DNA from: Ptychomitrium polyphyllum
Lineage: Eukaryota
Direction of reading: 5' to 3'
Assembly: GCA_973851085.1 (NCBI GenBank)
Contig: OZ316776.1
Coordinates: 7,874,001 to 7,938,000, forward strand
Length of the DNA: 64,000 nucleotides
Shown here one piece after another: positions 26,001 through 40,300 of this stretch (positions are counted from its first letter, which is position 1; every line of letters begins with the position of its first letter). The translations under genes were made by a program, and so were the position numbers. The notes under the pieces were generated by a model. That model made no database searches. It was not told the origin of the DNA and saw only the letters and a list, made by a program, of their open reading frames with translations.

Positions 26001-29000
26001 AAAATGAAGTTAACAGAACTAAAAAATTAAAAAATTCAAGCAGATGTGAAATAGATCAAAAGTAACCAAAAAAAATACATGGGAAACACTTAACTATGAT
26101 CAATTTATTAGCAACTTATAGAATTACAATCTCAAATACTTCATGAAGGTTTTTAAGTCTCTGTTGTAACTCCAGGAGTAATCAAGTTTGCTTCTCACTG
26201 AGAGCAAACAGCTCCTAGAGAAGGACTGTTACTCCAAACATTCTTGCACAATGAGATCAATTTGAGTACCAACTCAGATTCAGAGCATAAAATCTGTGAT
26301 ATGACTACGGCTGCTTATGGTTGCCATGATATAAAAGGCATAAAACAGCTGAAATACATCTGGTTAGCTACTTGATTGTTTACATGTCTGTCAACTCCAA
26401 ACATTTCAATCCTTGGTAGAAGTGGGCCCAGGTATTGTTGTATTCATGTGAAACCCTTGGTATTTTTCATTATGAATCCCTCTAATAAATTTCATTTTAG
26501 GTAACGGCTTGAGCTGTACTATCCCTTTTCCAACTTATTTATGTGCAAGCATAAAGTTTGAAAATTATCTAGTATTCAGCAAGTATGTGTTACATAATAT
26601 ATATGACATGCGATGTAAAATTATCTTTTTATGCATTGACATTTGGAATCATAATTTTTAAAAGGAAATAGCCCCATACCAGCCATGTGGTTTGCAAGTC
26701 AGTTTAAACAGGGGTCTGGTCATCATACCCAGGGCCAGCCCTGATGCTTAGACTGGACCATGTTCATCCTCTTGGTATTAATATTCCAACATGAGCTGGG
26801 CAAAGATGAAGTGCTCATATGTAAACTGTGAGTCAATGGCTCAAATTTTGGTGCGTTCAGTTGATGCACAGCTGTTAGTAGGCACCTAGTGAAAACTGAA
26901 CTTTGACTCATACAATTTAAGAGTACAGATTCTTTTTCATTTCAAAGACCAGCCATGAGGATAAAAGCACTCTGTGCTTGGCTTGGGAATTAAATCTTTG
27001 TTGCACAAAGTAAACACAAGAGTTTTAACATCACACTGGTAATTTGAATTGTTTATAATTATGACAAACCTTGCATGCTGGCATGCACTGAAATCCCTTC
27101 AGGGGTCTGCGAGGCCCTACATCAGGCTTTCATACCCAGGCCCCAGTTTCAAGTGTTCCCTTTCTCCACGGTGAAGTGCACTCTCCACATTCTCAACAAT
27201 TTTGCAACATCTCATTGTTAGTGAGATTCATGCTGCACCAATTTAAGTACAGCTTTTGATCTTCCAGGTTGAATGAATAGGTTGAGTTTACAAAAAGCAG
27301 GAATCCTAGCTCATGCTTTAATGTGAAACTTCCAAAACTGACCTCAATCTGTGCAAACAATACATGAAGCATTCATGCTGTCCAATATGACATTGTGGTA
27401 GATAATGTAGGCTTGCTTGTTAGGACTTCATCCTGTGGATTTCATAGTTTCAATTGCTTTGTTCATCAGTATCAATATTTGCAACTCTGTGGCTGTGAAT
27501 GCAAACAATGCCAGTCTTTTTGGAACCTGCAATGTATCATGTTCCTGGTGCTCTGTAAAGTGTGAGGAAAACAGTTTACAGGTGTACAAACACACCTTAT
27601 CACTTCAGCTTGCTAGATCAAGTGTCCTTGCTAACCCCAGTAGCACTATCTTATGCCTAAAGACTGATCAGGTCAACAATTTCCAATTGTTCAGTAATCA
27701 GAGTTGACAACATTCTGCCAATTCTACAGAATGTATTACTTAGAAGCATGAGATCGTATCAAATCCTTCAACAAATCATACTTGAAGAAGATCTTCATCC
27801 AGGTGACCAGTTGATACTCTCTTTGACTCTCCTTGCTAAGTTAAACAACAAATAACAAACATAGAACAGTGTGGGCTAATCTTCCCTAATAGAAGCCATG
27901 TATACAAACACTGTATCTATCAATGTTGTAGGTAGAGGATATTCAAGAGGTATCCTTGAATCAAAATGCTCTCATCCAAAACTTTTCAATTATAAGCCCT
28001 TGATTCTTATGGTCCCACACACATATGCAAAATTACATGGTTGCAAATTCTCCAGTCTGCAGAAAAACACAATATGGAGAACCAGCATAATGGAGCCACT
28101 CTAGCAGGAGAAAAGCATAACTTTATGAAAATCGGCCTAAAGGGTAGTATGAGAGGTATTGTGTTTTTTAGAATTTCTTATGAAAGTAAGGGTAATAATA
28201 ATGGAAACAATGAACCTCCATATAAATGTTTTTAATTTGAAATATTCTTTGATGTTTGATTTATTGTAACTGAAAGTATGCTCTTTTAAATGTCCTATCA
28301 ACCATTTTATAGCATGTCTCCAAACTATTTTACAAAGAGAATTATTTTACAAAGAGTTTCCTAAGAATTAGTTTTACCACAATTTTGTCACAAGGTAGTC
28401 GTTTGCAGACCAGCTCGACCTAAAATTCAAGCAAACTATAAAGTCTACAGAACTAATAGTTAGGCAATGGAATGTTTTGTGCTAATCGAAACCGTTTTAT
28501 ATGCATTTCATGAATTTTTCAAAAAAACATGAGTTTTTTCATATGCAGCTGCAAACACAAAAAAAAACGTATGTTCTTTTCTGTTATTGAAACGTAGAAC
28601 ATATACAGGAGGGTGTTCAAAACTCATTTCAACCTTCAAAAGCTCTTTTTTATCATAATCAATTCCACTTCATTTTAATATCATTTACCTTTAAAACATT
28701 CCCAGGTACATCAACAATCTTTTAACATTCTATTTTTCTTATGTTTGGTTCAATTTGCAGCTTTTTAAATCAAGAAGTCTATGAAACAGAATAAGCTACA
28801 CAACATCATTGGCTTTCCCAAGTAGCTTTTAACTCTACAAAACGTTGTTAATTTTTTCAGAAGATAAGGGTGAATTAATGTCCTTAAATGAAGAAAAAAA
28901 TTTAGAGAAATTATTTAAAGTGTTATTTCTAAGATGCAATCCAATCCAAAATACCGATGGAAATGAATTTGGTCTTATAAGAGCTTCAGAGGTTAAAATA

Positions 29001-31883
29001 TCAAATAAATTGATAGTTTTCAAAATCATTATCAATTGTATGATTAATTTATAAGAATTATATTTTTCATTGTCATAACATTCTAGAATAATGGAAGGGA
29101 ACTACCTTTTAGAAAAGCTTATCCAATAAAAAATCTAATGGACTCATTTTTTCTAATCCCTAAGGAAACCCACATCCATTATATGAATTCTTAAATTCCA
29201 TTGTCAAAGTATGCTTAATTTCCATTGTTAATTGAAAGTAAAAAACAAAGTTGTCTTCATAGCATTCTTTAACAATTAACGTATTTACATTGCATTGAGG
29301 TATGAGAAATCGATAAAAACGAATATATATTAAATGGATATTAAATTGGCGAATTGATTTATAGATGGCTTCAAGCCTCATACGAATGTCTTAGACACTC
29401 ATCGAACAACATTTTGGGATCACAATCAAACCTTTTAGAATAGGACATTTAAAGGGGTTTCTAAAGAAAACTTTGCTTTACTATTCAAAATAAAACTACA
29501 ATCTCCATTAAGAAATTTTGATTTTCTCATGGATAAATATTGTATCCAAATTATTTTGGATAATGTTCTTTTCTAGAACATAATAATATGATTAGATTTT
29601 TATTCTAAAAATACATGCTAATAACATTCTAAACTGTTATTTATCTTTAAGGATAGTAAGATTAATACTATGAATTGTTAAAAATTACATCTGAAAAACA
29701 TTTATCTGAATACACGAAAAAGTCTATAGTTGATGTCAGAGGTGATGTCAGACGATGATGCCCAAGAATTTGTTCATTTTCCATCGTGGTAAGATATATT
29801 TCATTTGTCCAAAAGGGGTTAATAATAGGAATTAAAACTAAAATTGTTCAACATGAATTTACAGAATTTGTGCACGATAATTGACAACGTTCAGATTTCC
29901 TGGTATCAAGGGGAGAACTTCCAAGAAAAGAAGCGCAAGACAAGGATGAGATTCGCAATCCAACAAAATGGGCTCAAAAAGGATTATCCTCCCTCCAAAT
30001 CAAAGCAAAGGGATGAAAGAGATAGTGCCAATTTTTCTTCAATGCAAGCTTGCTATTCTTATGTATGTCGTTCTGGTGGCCCCGACAGATTCTAGGCCAA
30101 AATTTTGGACCCTCCTTCATTAATGCTCTCAAAATGCTCACCTAATTAAACCTCTTGTTGGATACCGTACACTAATATTGCTCCTTTTCCGTTGATATAA
30201 TTCCCATGTTTTATGCATTGTGCACTGGGTGCAGTAGTGTGGGAGGCTTACATCCAACTTTCCATCTCTACACAACATCTTATGTATTGTCCTCATTGGC
30301 CGATGGGCATTGGCAAGTCATTAATTTTTGAAATTTTCAAAAGGCTCGACTACATGCCAGAAATTATTGCTTTTATAGAATGAAAATATCCATTAACTCA
30401 AAGGATCACAGTATACGTGGTATATTTAGTACATGTATACAAATGTAAATGTGCATTTAAGAATACTTATGAATTTCCAAAAATAATCCAAAATGTATTT
30501 TTATCTTTCAGAGTTGAAATGGTAAACAACTATTTAGAAACAGGAAAAGCGTTTAGGAATGTAAGATCTGTTATCTGTGCAGTCATCGCAACTTCAAGCA
30601 ACTACCAATTAGAGTGCGTGCTGACAATATCTAGATTGTCCATGTACGCTTTGAGTTACCTGGAGGATTTTATAAATGACTCACCTCTTGATGAAGTTAT
30701 AAATGGAAGTCACTGGCACGGTTCAAACCACTCATCTAAGGCACACTAATTACTTTCGGATGATGGTACTTTTACGTAAAGTGGGACAATTTTACTAAGT
30801 GCGCCTTACACCTTCTCTTATAAATATAAAGAGAAGAGATGAGATGTAAAAATGTTTAGTAAAGGTATGGATATTTTAAGCAAAGGATTGTCTATAGACA
30901 AAGGTGGGAAGGTATTAAATAATCAAAATGGAAAAATTCTTCTTCCATGGATTAGTTTTTGGGTCACCATTTTAAGAGCGTGCCTAAAAAACTTAATGAG
31001 ATAAGACTTTTGTACAATAGTTGCTACCATGTAAGCTACCAATTAATTTTGTCACTCACTTTCAAATTGCTTCTTTTATGGGCTATGAAACAAGAAGTAA
31101 AGTCTTATAGAAGAACTTAAATGTACAAACTTAAAATAACAACCTCAAGAATTAAGGGATTAATGTGAAAAGCTTCTCTTTTGTAAGTCCCAAGTTGCCA
31201 AGCCAAACATATGTGCAAGAGCCCATTTTGGATTATTATTCCATAGGAGCTTATATTATGCTCCATTTTGTACAAGTTAAAGCACATACATAATAAGTTT
31301 TAGAAAACAATGTCAATAGCTTTGAATGCTTTACTTATAAAGATCTTTTTATTGAATAACAAGTAATTTATAAGTAGTTGATGGAACTTTCAATCTTCAA
31401 ATCATTTTCATCCAAGGTTGACAGAATCTTAAGCCATAAGCTCAACAATTTATATTCATCTTCTATAATCAACAAAGTAAATATATCTTAACTTAAAATG
31501 TTCAAAAAATTAGTTAATTTTTTTTTAATTCATGATTTTATGCAATTAAAATATCTCAAAAAATGGCAAATCAAATCCATCACAATAATTTTTCTTAAAT
31601 ATTATCAACATCTTGTTTGTAAATGATTAAGCAATAACTTTGAATTTTAGATATTAAATGTTAATTTCATATAAAAATACTAGAGATATAAATGTCACCT
31701 ATAACCATATCAACATAATTTAGAATTTACCTCTATTTACACATCAATTCCAAAAAAGTTCATGCAAAATTTATTTATAATAGATGTCTGCAAATCTCCA
31801 TCAAAACATGAGATGAGTTTCATATGGTGTCACTGCTACTATAGTTGCTTTTGATTTATACTGTAGCTTATCTCATTCATTTC

Positions 31884-32013
31884 AGTCATATACCAGGAAA
31901 AGCCTTGTCATTAGCTTAATCAGCACTACACATATGTCATAAAGTCATTTGAGTCATATACCAGGAAAAGCCTTGTCATTAGCTTAATCAGCACTACACA
32001 TATGTCATAAAGT
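31884..32013. repeat. Perfect 62-bp direct duplication with a 6-bp spacer
   Basis: AGTCATATACCAGGAAAAGCCTTGTCATTAGCTTAATCAGCACTACACATATGTCATAAAGT at 31884-31945 and 31952-32013. Confidence 0.95.
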
Positions 32014-33925
32014 TGGGCAATCTCTGTAGGTTGACACATATAGTTGGAGATCTTCTTGTATAAAATGTTATTTCTTAAGAGCGTTTATGTCCTGAGTTCA
32101 TTCAGCTCAGTGAATCTGGTACAAACAGGGTTCAGCAGTGTTGCCTCTTAGGATGATTTTGTTTGTCTAACATGGTTAGATCATTTCAATAATTTTGGTG
32201 TTCATTGCATCCCACCGTCCAACATCCTCTAAAGATTCTCTTATTTCTGGTTTATAACTTATTGTTGGTCGATGCATACTGAGTTACGTGTAAATCTTAC
32301 TATTATTGATCAAATGTATGGGAACCTGGTGTTAATTTGAATTCATATTAACCAGTACAGTATAAACCAACACTGCACAACCATACATCAGTATCTGCAC
32401 AACACTGCTTGATACCAACAGTTTCATTACTGGCAATAACTTGAAGCCTAAGGTACATCTCCCTAACCAACCTTGTTGTTTTACCAACAAATAGTACAAG
32501 ATTTATAACCAGTGAAGCACTAGTTCATACCTACATATATCATAGATTCTTTTTATCTGGAATTTCAGGTGCATCTACAATCGTATTTAAGATCTTAATA
32601 TTTCGAACTTTAACAAACAAGTGAATCTAATATTAATCCAGAAATTGTATTTTCATGAAATTTTGACACTTATGAAATTGGAGACCACATAAAAGTTGGT
32701 CAATTTCAAATTTGAATTTTCAGTTTGTGACAAATTACTTAAAGCAATGGCTATGGGGAATCTATCTTATTTATAAAGTTGTGTATGTCTTTTACATGTA
32801 CAATAGGAGGGAAAAGGATTGTTTACCATATCTATACTGCAGTGACAACAATGTTACTGCCTGCCAAAATTGGCTGCCTCCTTCAGTCCGCTGTTAATTG
32901 ATGCATGAGATTTTAAACTTAACCTTGCAAACATCAGTCATCCAACCTGCTCACAAAAATAGTAACAATAAAGAGATTCATCTAAAGAAACGGCAAGGAG
33001 TGGCGAAGGCAAACAATTGAGATGGAAGTAGCTTGTGTCATGTAAGGGTCTACGAGAAATGCTACTCTAGGCAGGAGCTGCATACAAAACATGCACAAGA
33101 CAAGCTATAAAACACGACATATACGAAAACAAAACCTGACATGGTTATGAAACTCAGGCTAGTGCAGTTTCATTGACTAAGCATCTTTACTGCTGCACTG
33201 AACACACGCCCTGAATACAAAATCATCCTGAATACAAAGAATCCTCGCCACTCATTCATTCTATATTCAAGGTCAGTGTCGAGTGCTGTGCTGGGATGCT
33301 GGAAGGCAGTTGATACAAATCAAGAAATCATGATTCCATTGTTGCAAACCTCCGACCTTGATACGAAGACACCAGGAAAGCCTAAACATGACAGTTAGCC
33401 AAGACTCTGGATTCCAAAAGCATACTGAACGAAATCTCAAGTGATAGCAACAGAGTTTTAGTGATTGATATAGCAAGAACCTGAAGCTCACGAGATGAGA
33501 GGGCATCAGCTATTAAAAGCTCTGAAAGCTGCAGCTGGTACGGAGCTTTCAAGTTAAGAACTGTCTTAGGCAGGTGTTCCAGGAATCAAAGCGTGTAAAC
33601 ACCATAAGCACAGTGAAACTATGATAACCGTTAAAAAGTAGAGTCACTCTCCTATATCGATAAAAAGAAAATCGGTTATGTTAGCTCATATCTAATTCAT
33701 GCTAGAGTGTCACCCCTAACAGTTCTATACAATATTTTCGTTCAGATAAGTGTAGACAGGAACTGAAGAAATGGCAGCAACCCATAGTACTCCATAATCA
33801 AAGAATCTAAAATGGGCTTAAGTTTGACACTAAGTTAACACTACTAACAGAACAGATGAATAGCGAAGAATCTTTACATGGCAGATAATATGGTGACTGT
33901 AATATAACTGCAAGACCGCAGTACA

Positions 33926-36900
33926 TCAACATAGGCCATCAAGAAATGATCGCAAATCAGAAAGATTCATAATTGGAACCTGTGCAGCTTCTTCTGGGGT
34001 GTAGTCAGAATTCAAAAGAGATAACACTTGTCCGTGTGCCTCCAGGATATTTGACTTAATGGGCTTGAAAAGAATCGTCCTAGTCGAGGAATTCTGAAGA
34101 TACAAACCCATTTTTGAAACTATATCAGGTACTTGCTTCTTCACAACTTCTTCTACGTTGGCCACCATTTCAGCCAACTTGTCTGGCGTGGCAAAAGCTT
34201 GCTCTTTCAAGGCTTTAGGTACATCGGCATCCACAGGGCGACTCCGGGTAGCCACCTTAACAGCTGTGACCTTGGTCATGAACGAGAGTAAAGGCTCGAT
34301 GGTGATTTTCGTGACCAACATGATGAACTGCTCACAAGTCAGCTTTAGATTCTTTTCAAGCTCTTTCTTTGCATCAATTTGGTAGTCCATCACTCTGGGT
34401 GAAAATGTCCGAGCAAGGGATTGACTACTCCAAAGCGAGGATTGGCCTCGCAAGACACGGCGCAGATATTCCAGAAGATGCGTAAAATCAAGGTCCTTGT
34501 GTGTTACTGAAAAATCTATATCAAAAGGAGCAATCTGCTCACGAAGTATCAAAAGATGCTTGATGAGGAAAAGCTGTCCGTCCATTTGAGAAGCTCGTCT
34601 CTCAATCAACTTGCTCGATCTCTGGATTGAGGTCGAGCACATGTTGATTGCATCTTGTGCAAGACCCGTAAAAATTGTTGGTTCTAAACACCGGTACAGT
34701 TTGGAAAGACAAGATAGAGTCTTCTCCAAGGGTGGGTACCAAGTAGAGTAGGAGTCTCTACCCTCCTCTTCGCTTCCAACAGTAGCTGCAGCTGCTTGCT
34801 CCAACTTTGCTGGAAAATCAAGATCCTCAGCAGAAGGCAAATAATTTGCAATTTCATCTCGCATATGTGTTTGTGCACGGAAAGTGAGTCTTTCTTGCAC
34901 GTCAGCCAAAGTTTTCAATATTGTAGGATGCAAACCAGCAGCAGACTCCCGTCGTCTTCCTAACTGTTCATCCAATACTTCACCTTTTAAAATTTCAACC
35001 AGCTCACAAAGTAGATCTAGATCTGCTACATGTATGAAGCGAGCCCGTAAGGTGTCATAAAGTGTAGTGCACAAGGGGTCCAGCAGAGGGGCAAGATTTA
35101 AGGGATCCGAAGAAGAGACTGGAAAGAAGTGGTCAAATAACTGATGCTCCAATTGACAGACCTGCGGGTATCAACAAAACAAACAACGACAAAGATTAGC
35201 GTGGCATCCAACTGACTCTCTACGTTCACCAGATAATAAATTTCCCAGAGCATGTAGTAGACAAATGGTCTCATATTAACAAACCATATTTGTACTGTTA
35301 CTGTACCAGTGTAAGCACTCCAACTAAAACGTATATCACAAGAGCCCCTTAACTGGGTAGAATTTGTCAAACTCTACATGCACTATAACGTGTGACTTCC
35401 TCACTTCCAATAAAGCTTGTTCCTAAAGAGAAGATTTGAGGCATGATGATAAGAAATTATCCACGTGGTTAAAATTTGAAAATGGAATTTAAATATTTGC
35501 CACATTAATCAAAACTATTTAACTTTGAAAATTCACCAAAATTATAATTTATGTATATTTTAAATTTTGATTGGCTGAAATCACAACTTGAATCCTTCAA
35601 TCAATAAAAGCGTATAGAGTTCAATAACCAAAACATCAATAATTTCCACAAATAGGAAGTGTTCTCGCACTAATAAAATTTTTAGCTCCTTTTCTAGAAG
35701 TTAGCCAAGACATTAAAAGCTCTAAATATATTTCAGCTCACATTCATAAGCATAGAGCGTGACATGCTGAAATCCAGATACGCGTCTAGTTTCTTGAAGA
35801 CGGTACAAATGACTCACTTACGTGTACTGTGCAGTGACTTGCATCAATCGGCAAAAGAAACAGATTACCAAGTAAATGTGAATTTAGGTTTTCGATCGGA
35901 GCAAACATACCTGACCCAGGTAGGCACAGCCCGATCTAGTCAAGGATGGGAGGGGCTCTTTTTTCGCATATTCGGCAATTCGCGACGAAACTACGCCCTG
36001 AACTAAAGCAAGGCGCTGCTCGCAATACAACGAGGTCAGGTCCGCAAGGACCTGACTATACTCCTTTCGAGAAGACCTGTTCTCAATCTCCTGCATCAGA
36101 GTCTTCAGATCACTCGCAGCTGCTTTAAACCTTACATACAACACCGAAGTCTCCGCACCCTCAGTAATGGAGATTTTGCCACCCCCGCCCAGGGTAGAAT
36201 TCTCTTTCACGGCTGCCTGTACTTGTAATGACGCATTCCTCAATACATTGAGCACATGCGTCCTCACCATACCCAAGGCACGGGACTGCAATTGCTTGAA
36301 TTTTACAAGGTAGACGCTGGAGTCGGCATATTGAGGATTATTTGTCACATAAGTAATACATTCATCAAGGCGCTTCAGAAGCGGGAGGAAGTGAATACTT
36401 CCAACGTTCATTGTCGATCCGTGGAACTGAGTGGAAATATATTCCAGCTCGTCGAAGTAATTAAGCTTAGTTCTCAGAGCATCGGCAAACTCAATCAAGC
36501 GCTCCTTCTCCATCACCAACCGTTCACACGCATCGTGCAGCATCTTCGTCTTCGTAGCCACCGCCTGATGCTGTGCTTGCAAGTCATCAAACCGAGCTAG
36601 GGTGCCATCCAGATGCTCCAGAATCTCGTCACACGTCTCCAAATGACCCGTGAGCGTATTCACATACTGCCGATACTTCTCCTCAGTCTCTGACTTCATC
36701 GCCGACTCCAGATCAGTGTACCACTTGTAAAACTGGTGCTGGTTGTTCAGCTCCACAAGCTCAGACGCTCCACCTCCTCCCTGCGCCGCATCGCTCGCCC
36801 TCGCCATCGGATCCGATACAGCCACCGGCACCACCGGAGGCCGCTGACTAGGCAGCACCGATGCAGCGACATGAGCTGGCATTGGCCTCTCTGCCGCGCT

Positions 36901-37065
36901 ATGCGCTAGCGCTGCAACCGCCGCCTGCTGCTCCTCCGACAACGGTGCATTCTGCTCCCACGCCGTCGCAAACTTGTACCCCGATGACACCGCCACGGCC
37001 CTCGCCGTTTGCGGCAGCTGCGCCACAGTCGAACCTCTCCTCTCCATCCCTATCCCCGTCGCCAT
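33926..37065 (-). CDS. COG3: Conserved oligomeric Golgi complex subunit 3 (Sec34-like), ~796 aa
   Basis: Exon 1 37065-35911, intron 35910-35162 (GTATGT...CCGCAG), exon 2 35161-33926; the join reads [22 protein letters not shown]. Recognisable COG3 segments: [104 protein letters not shown]. Confidence 0.96.
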
Positions 37066-37240
37066 CTCGCTCTCAACAAACTCTTCCTCAAATCTTCTCG
37101 CTCAAACCCCTGACCCTAACCATTACCCTATCTCTCTGTCGCCTCGTCCCGCATTGCCCCCGCACTCCGATACGCATCAATCGATCTCCAAGGCCACACA
37201 AAAGCGCCGCGCTCGACTTCCTTCCCGGATGTAGGCTTCC

Positions 37241-37358
37241 CTGTACTCCTCTTTCTTCTTCGAAACAGTTGAACTATGCTCGTCGATCTCCTTCGAATCA
37301 GTCTTACTGTGCTCGCCTTTCGTCTTCGAAGCAGTCTTACAGCGCTCGCCTTTCTTCT
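37241..37358. repeat. Degenerate 33-bp tandem repeat (~3.5 copies) upstream of COG3
   Basis: CTTCGAA recurs at 37258, 37291 and 37324 (period 33) with flanking CAGTCTTAC..GCTCGCCTTTC similarity. Confidence 0.75.
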
Positions 37359-40300
37359 CCAATGCGGCATTCACTGCCCCTCTGAAATCTATGGAATTCT
37401 AACATGTTGATAAAACGGCTTCTCTTCTTTTTGTTGCCGGACTCTTCGAATTTGGTAAATGAAATGTACATATATTTTACATTCTGTCTATTGATGTTCT
37501 GAACTTCTTCCACTCCAGCTCGAAGGACCGTATGGTGGGGTTTCAGAACTACGGTCACCGTAATGGAGTTGTACACCGTGACTGTCTTAAGAATTTAAAG
37601 AAAAGGATCTTAAAAAGGAAACTTCTCACAAAGTGTCTTTTATTTGGAATTCCTGAGACTTTGCCTGCCGCTTGTCAAGGGAAGTACCTCTATACTCCTA
37701 CCCTATGTCTTGTAAACATAGGGCTAGGATGTAGCAATAAAATTACTATGTTCATATGGATTTCTTCCGTATCATTGTTTTCCTTTTTTCTACATTATTA
37801 GAACTTTGCAATACTAGACACAATTTTTAAGGATTAAAAATAGCTATAACTAAAAATTGTGTTAATATGTTACTAATTTGAAATTAAGTAGAATTAAAAT
37901 TTGATGCAAATAAACAAGGTTGTAAATTTAACTCATCCAATTTGGTTTTCAAATACATTACTCTTACTTAGTTTATTTTTAGATAACTTGTAGTATTTCT
38001 TCTTCCTTAGAAAAAAATATTTTAAAAAAAACTCCAAATTATATGATTCAAATTTTTTAATTTTTGTTATTATATATTTAACAAACTTAGCACCTCTTAC
38101 CTTTAATACAACCTTGTAATAAATCAAAATCTTGATTATTATTGATATGTTCCAAATGTATTCCTTTAAATTGAGGATCTAATTAGATTTTGATTCCAAA
38201 TCATCAATAATGTAATAAAATATATGGTTTTATTAAAATAAAGTTTTCAAATATTTCACAAAATTTTAAAATATCAATCTTATATTTTTTGTAATTATAT
38301 AATAAAATACATTTTTTCAAGAATGCTTATGGTCACAATAGATTTATAATTCTGTACAATATTTGGATTCATAACTTTTAAAAGCACTTAAGATTTTGTT
38401 ACAAATCATATTTTTAGATTTAATTAGTTGTATACATTAGATATTGTATTCTTGTCTTTTTGCTAAGGTAAATCAAACCAACAAGAAATTTGGATTGAAA
38501 TTATTTAAGATATTGGTCATTTAAAATTGATGCTTAAAATCACAAAAGTCTATATTTATGAATCTATAAGAATTAATCTGGTGATATTCAATACCATCAA
38601 ATATTATTAAAACCAGTCTTAAAATATTTTTTGAAATGGTCCATAATAACAAAAATATGATGTTATGAATTATTGATAATACAAAATATTTTTTCCATCT
38701 AGTTCTTTCAAATGTTAAATATTATAGAATGTATAAGAAAAATCCACTAAAAGAAAAATGAAAAGAAAATTTCTGTGTAAAATAAACATGAATTAGAGAT
38801 TAATACTTATAACTATTATTTTTGCTATATCTTTATGCATATTTAAAAGGATAAATTAAATAATTAATACAAAAGTAGATAATGATGTAAGAAATGTTTA
38901 TTTTTTCTTATCTTATTCTAATTAATTGAAAATAAAGTTTAAACTAATTGTTTTGTAGAATCTACGGAATTCTTAAATAATTATACATATAAGAATATCT
39001 CATACTTATAGAAATAATGTAATTTTGTATATTAACACATAAAACAAGGTTTCAATTAAAATTAAATTTTTAAATTTTTAGGCATTTTAGTAAAAACGAC
39101 GTGATGAAATATAATACGCAAGTGGCTCAATCCATAACCAGAAATCTGCATCCAAATTTTGCAATAACCATGAAATACTACACATCAATAATACAAATTT
39201 CATTAAGTTATGATGTCAATTAAACATTTGTTATATCAATATGTTAAATTTTGATCTTAATCTTGTAAACTGATACTTTGTTTTTTTTCATCAGTTTAAT
39301 GACATTGTACTATTTATTGAGCTCATGATTTACTTTACAATTAACTTATAATATTAAGTCTAAAATTTGATGATTTTCAGTTAATAATAATTAAACATAA
39401 ACCATGGAGTTAGTGAAAATGATGGATTGCTATAACTATTTTGCATTCTGTACACTTATGTATGTTGCAATTCATTACAAATTGATTTTTTTATAAATTA
39501 ATTAAATTGGTGTTTTACAAAATAACTTAGATCCACTTGATTTCTTCAAAGCAAGCCATAAGAGCGGAATCCAGTTCTTTAGTACTTCAGTTTTTAATTA
39601 CTTAATTTTTTTAAGGAATTTAAATCTTGCACATAATTAATAATCACAAAATTTTAATTATACTTAAAAAAATTTAATATACTTCAATTATAGATTTTAA
39701 CATGATATTGAATTTTTATGTAATTTTCTCAAATAAAAATTTTATCATTTTAGAAATATAACTATGATTTGATCTTTTTTTTATAAACTATATTAGAATT
39801 TTGTTTTATTGAAAAGTCATGATGTATGTTCTAATTTAATTAGTTTTCTTTCCTAATAAATGCAGTTACAAAGTGATAAATATTTGTACTAAATTAGGTT
39901 ATATATTGGCTTAATACAGCAAATCATTTGTGAATGTAGGGCCAATAGATGCTTTTTAGAAATAAAATGAACCAATATGCTAAATATAAAGAATATACTA
40001 TATTTATAATAATATGTTGTATTTGTAATAACTTATATATATGAACTTCTAAAAAGAATGTCATTTGTTGCATTTTTAATGGTTTAAATTCCAAATATAC
40101 ATTTAACGTGTTTCTAAGATAATTACTCTTTGGACATTATAGTAATAGTATTTTTATTTTATATTTTAAATGTTTTTTTTCTAATAAAAATTACATAAAA
40201 ACTAAATACTTTGAACGTTCAAAATGTTGAAAAAATCTACCTATAATATTCTTTATATTTTAATGCTTAAAATTGTAAATGAAAAAACAACAAAGTCTAT

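Noticed and set aside
36861..37385. 174-aa Pro/Ser-rich + strand ORF
   Set aside because: Antisense to the GC-rich COG3 5' end and leader; low-complexity composition.
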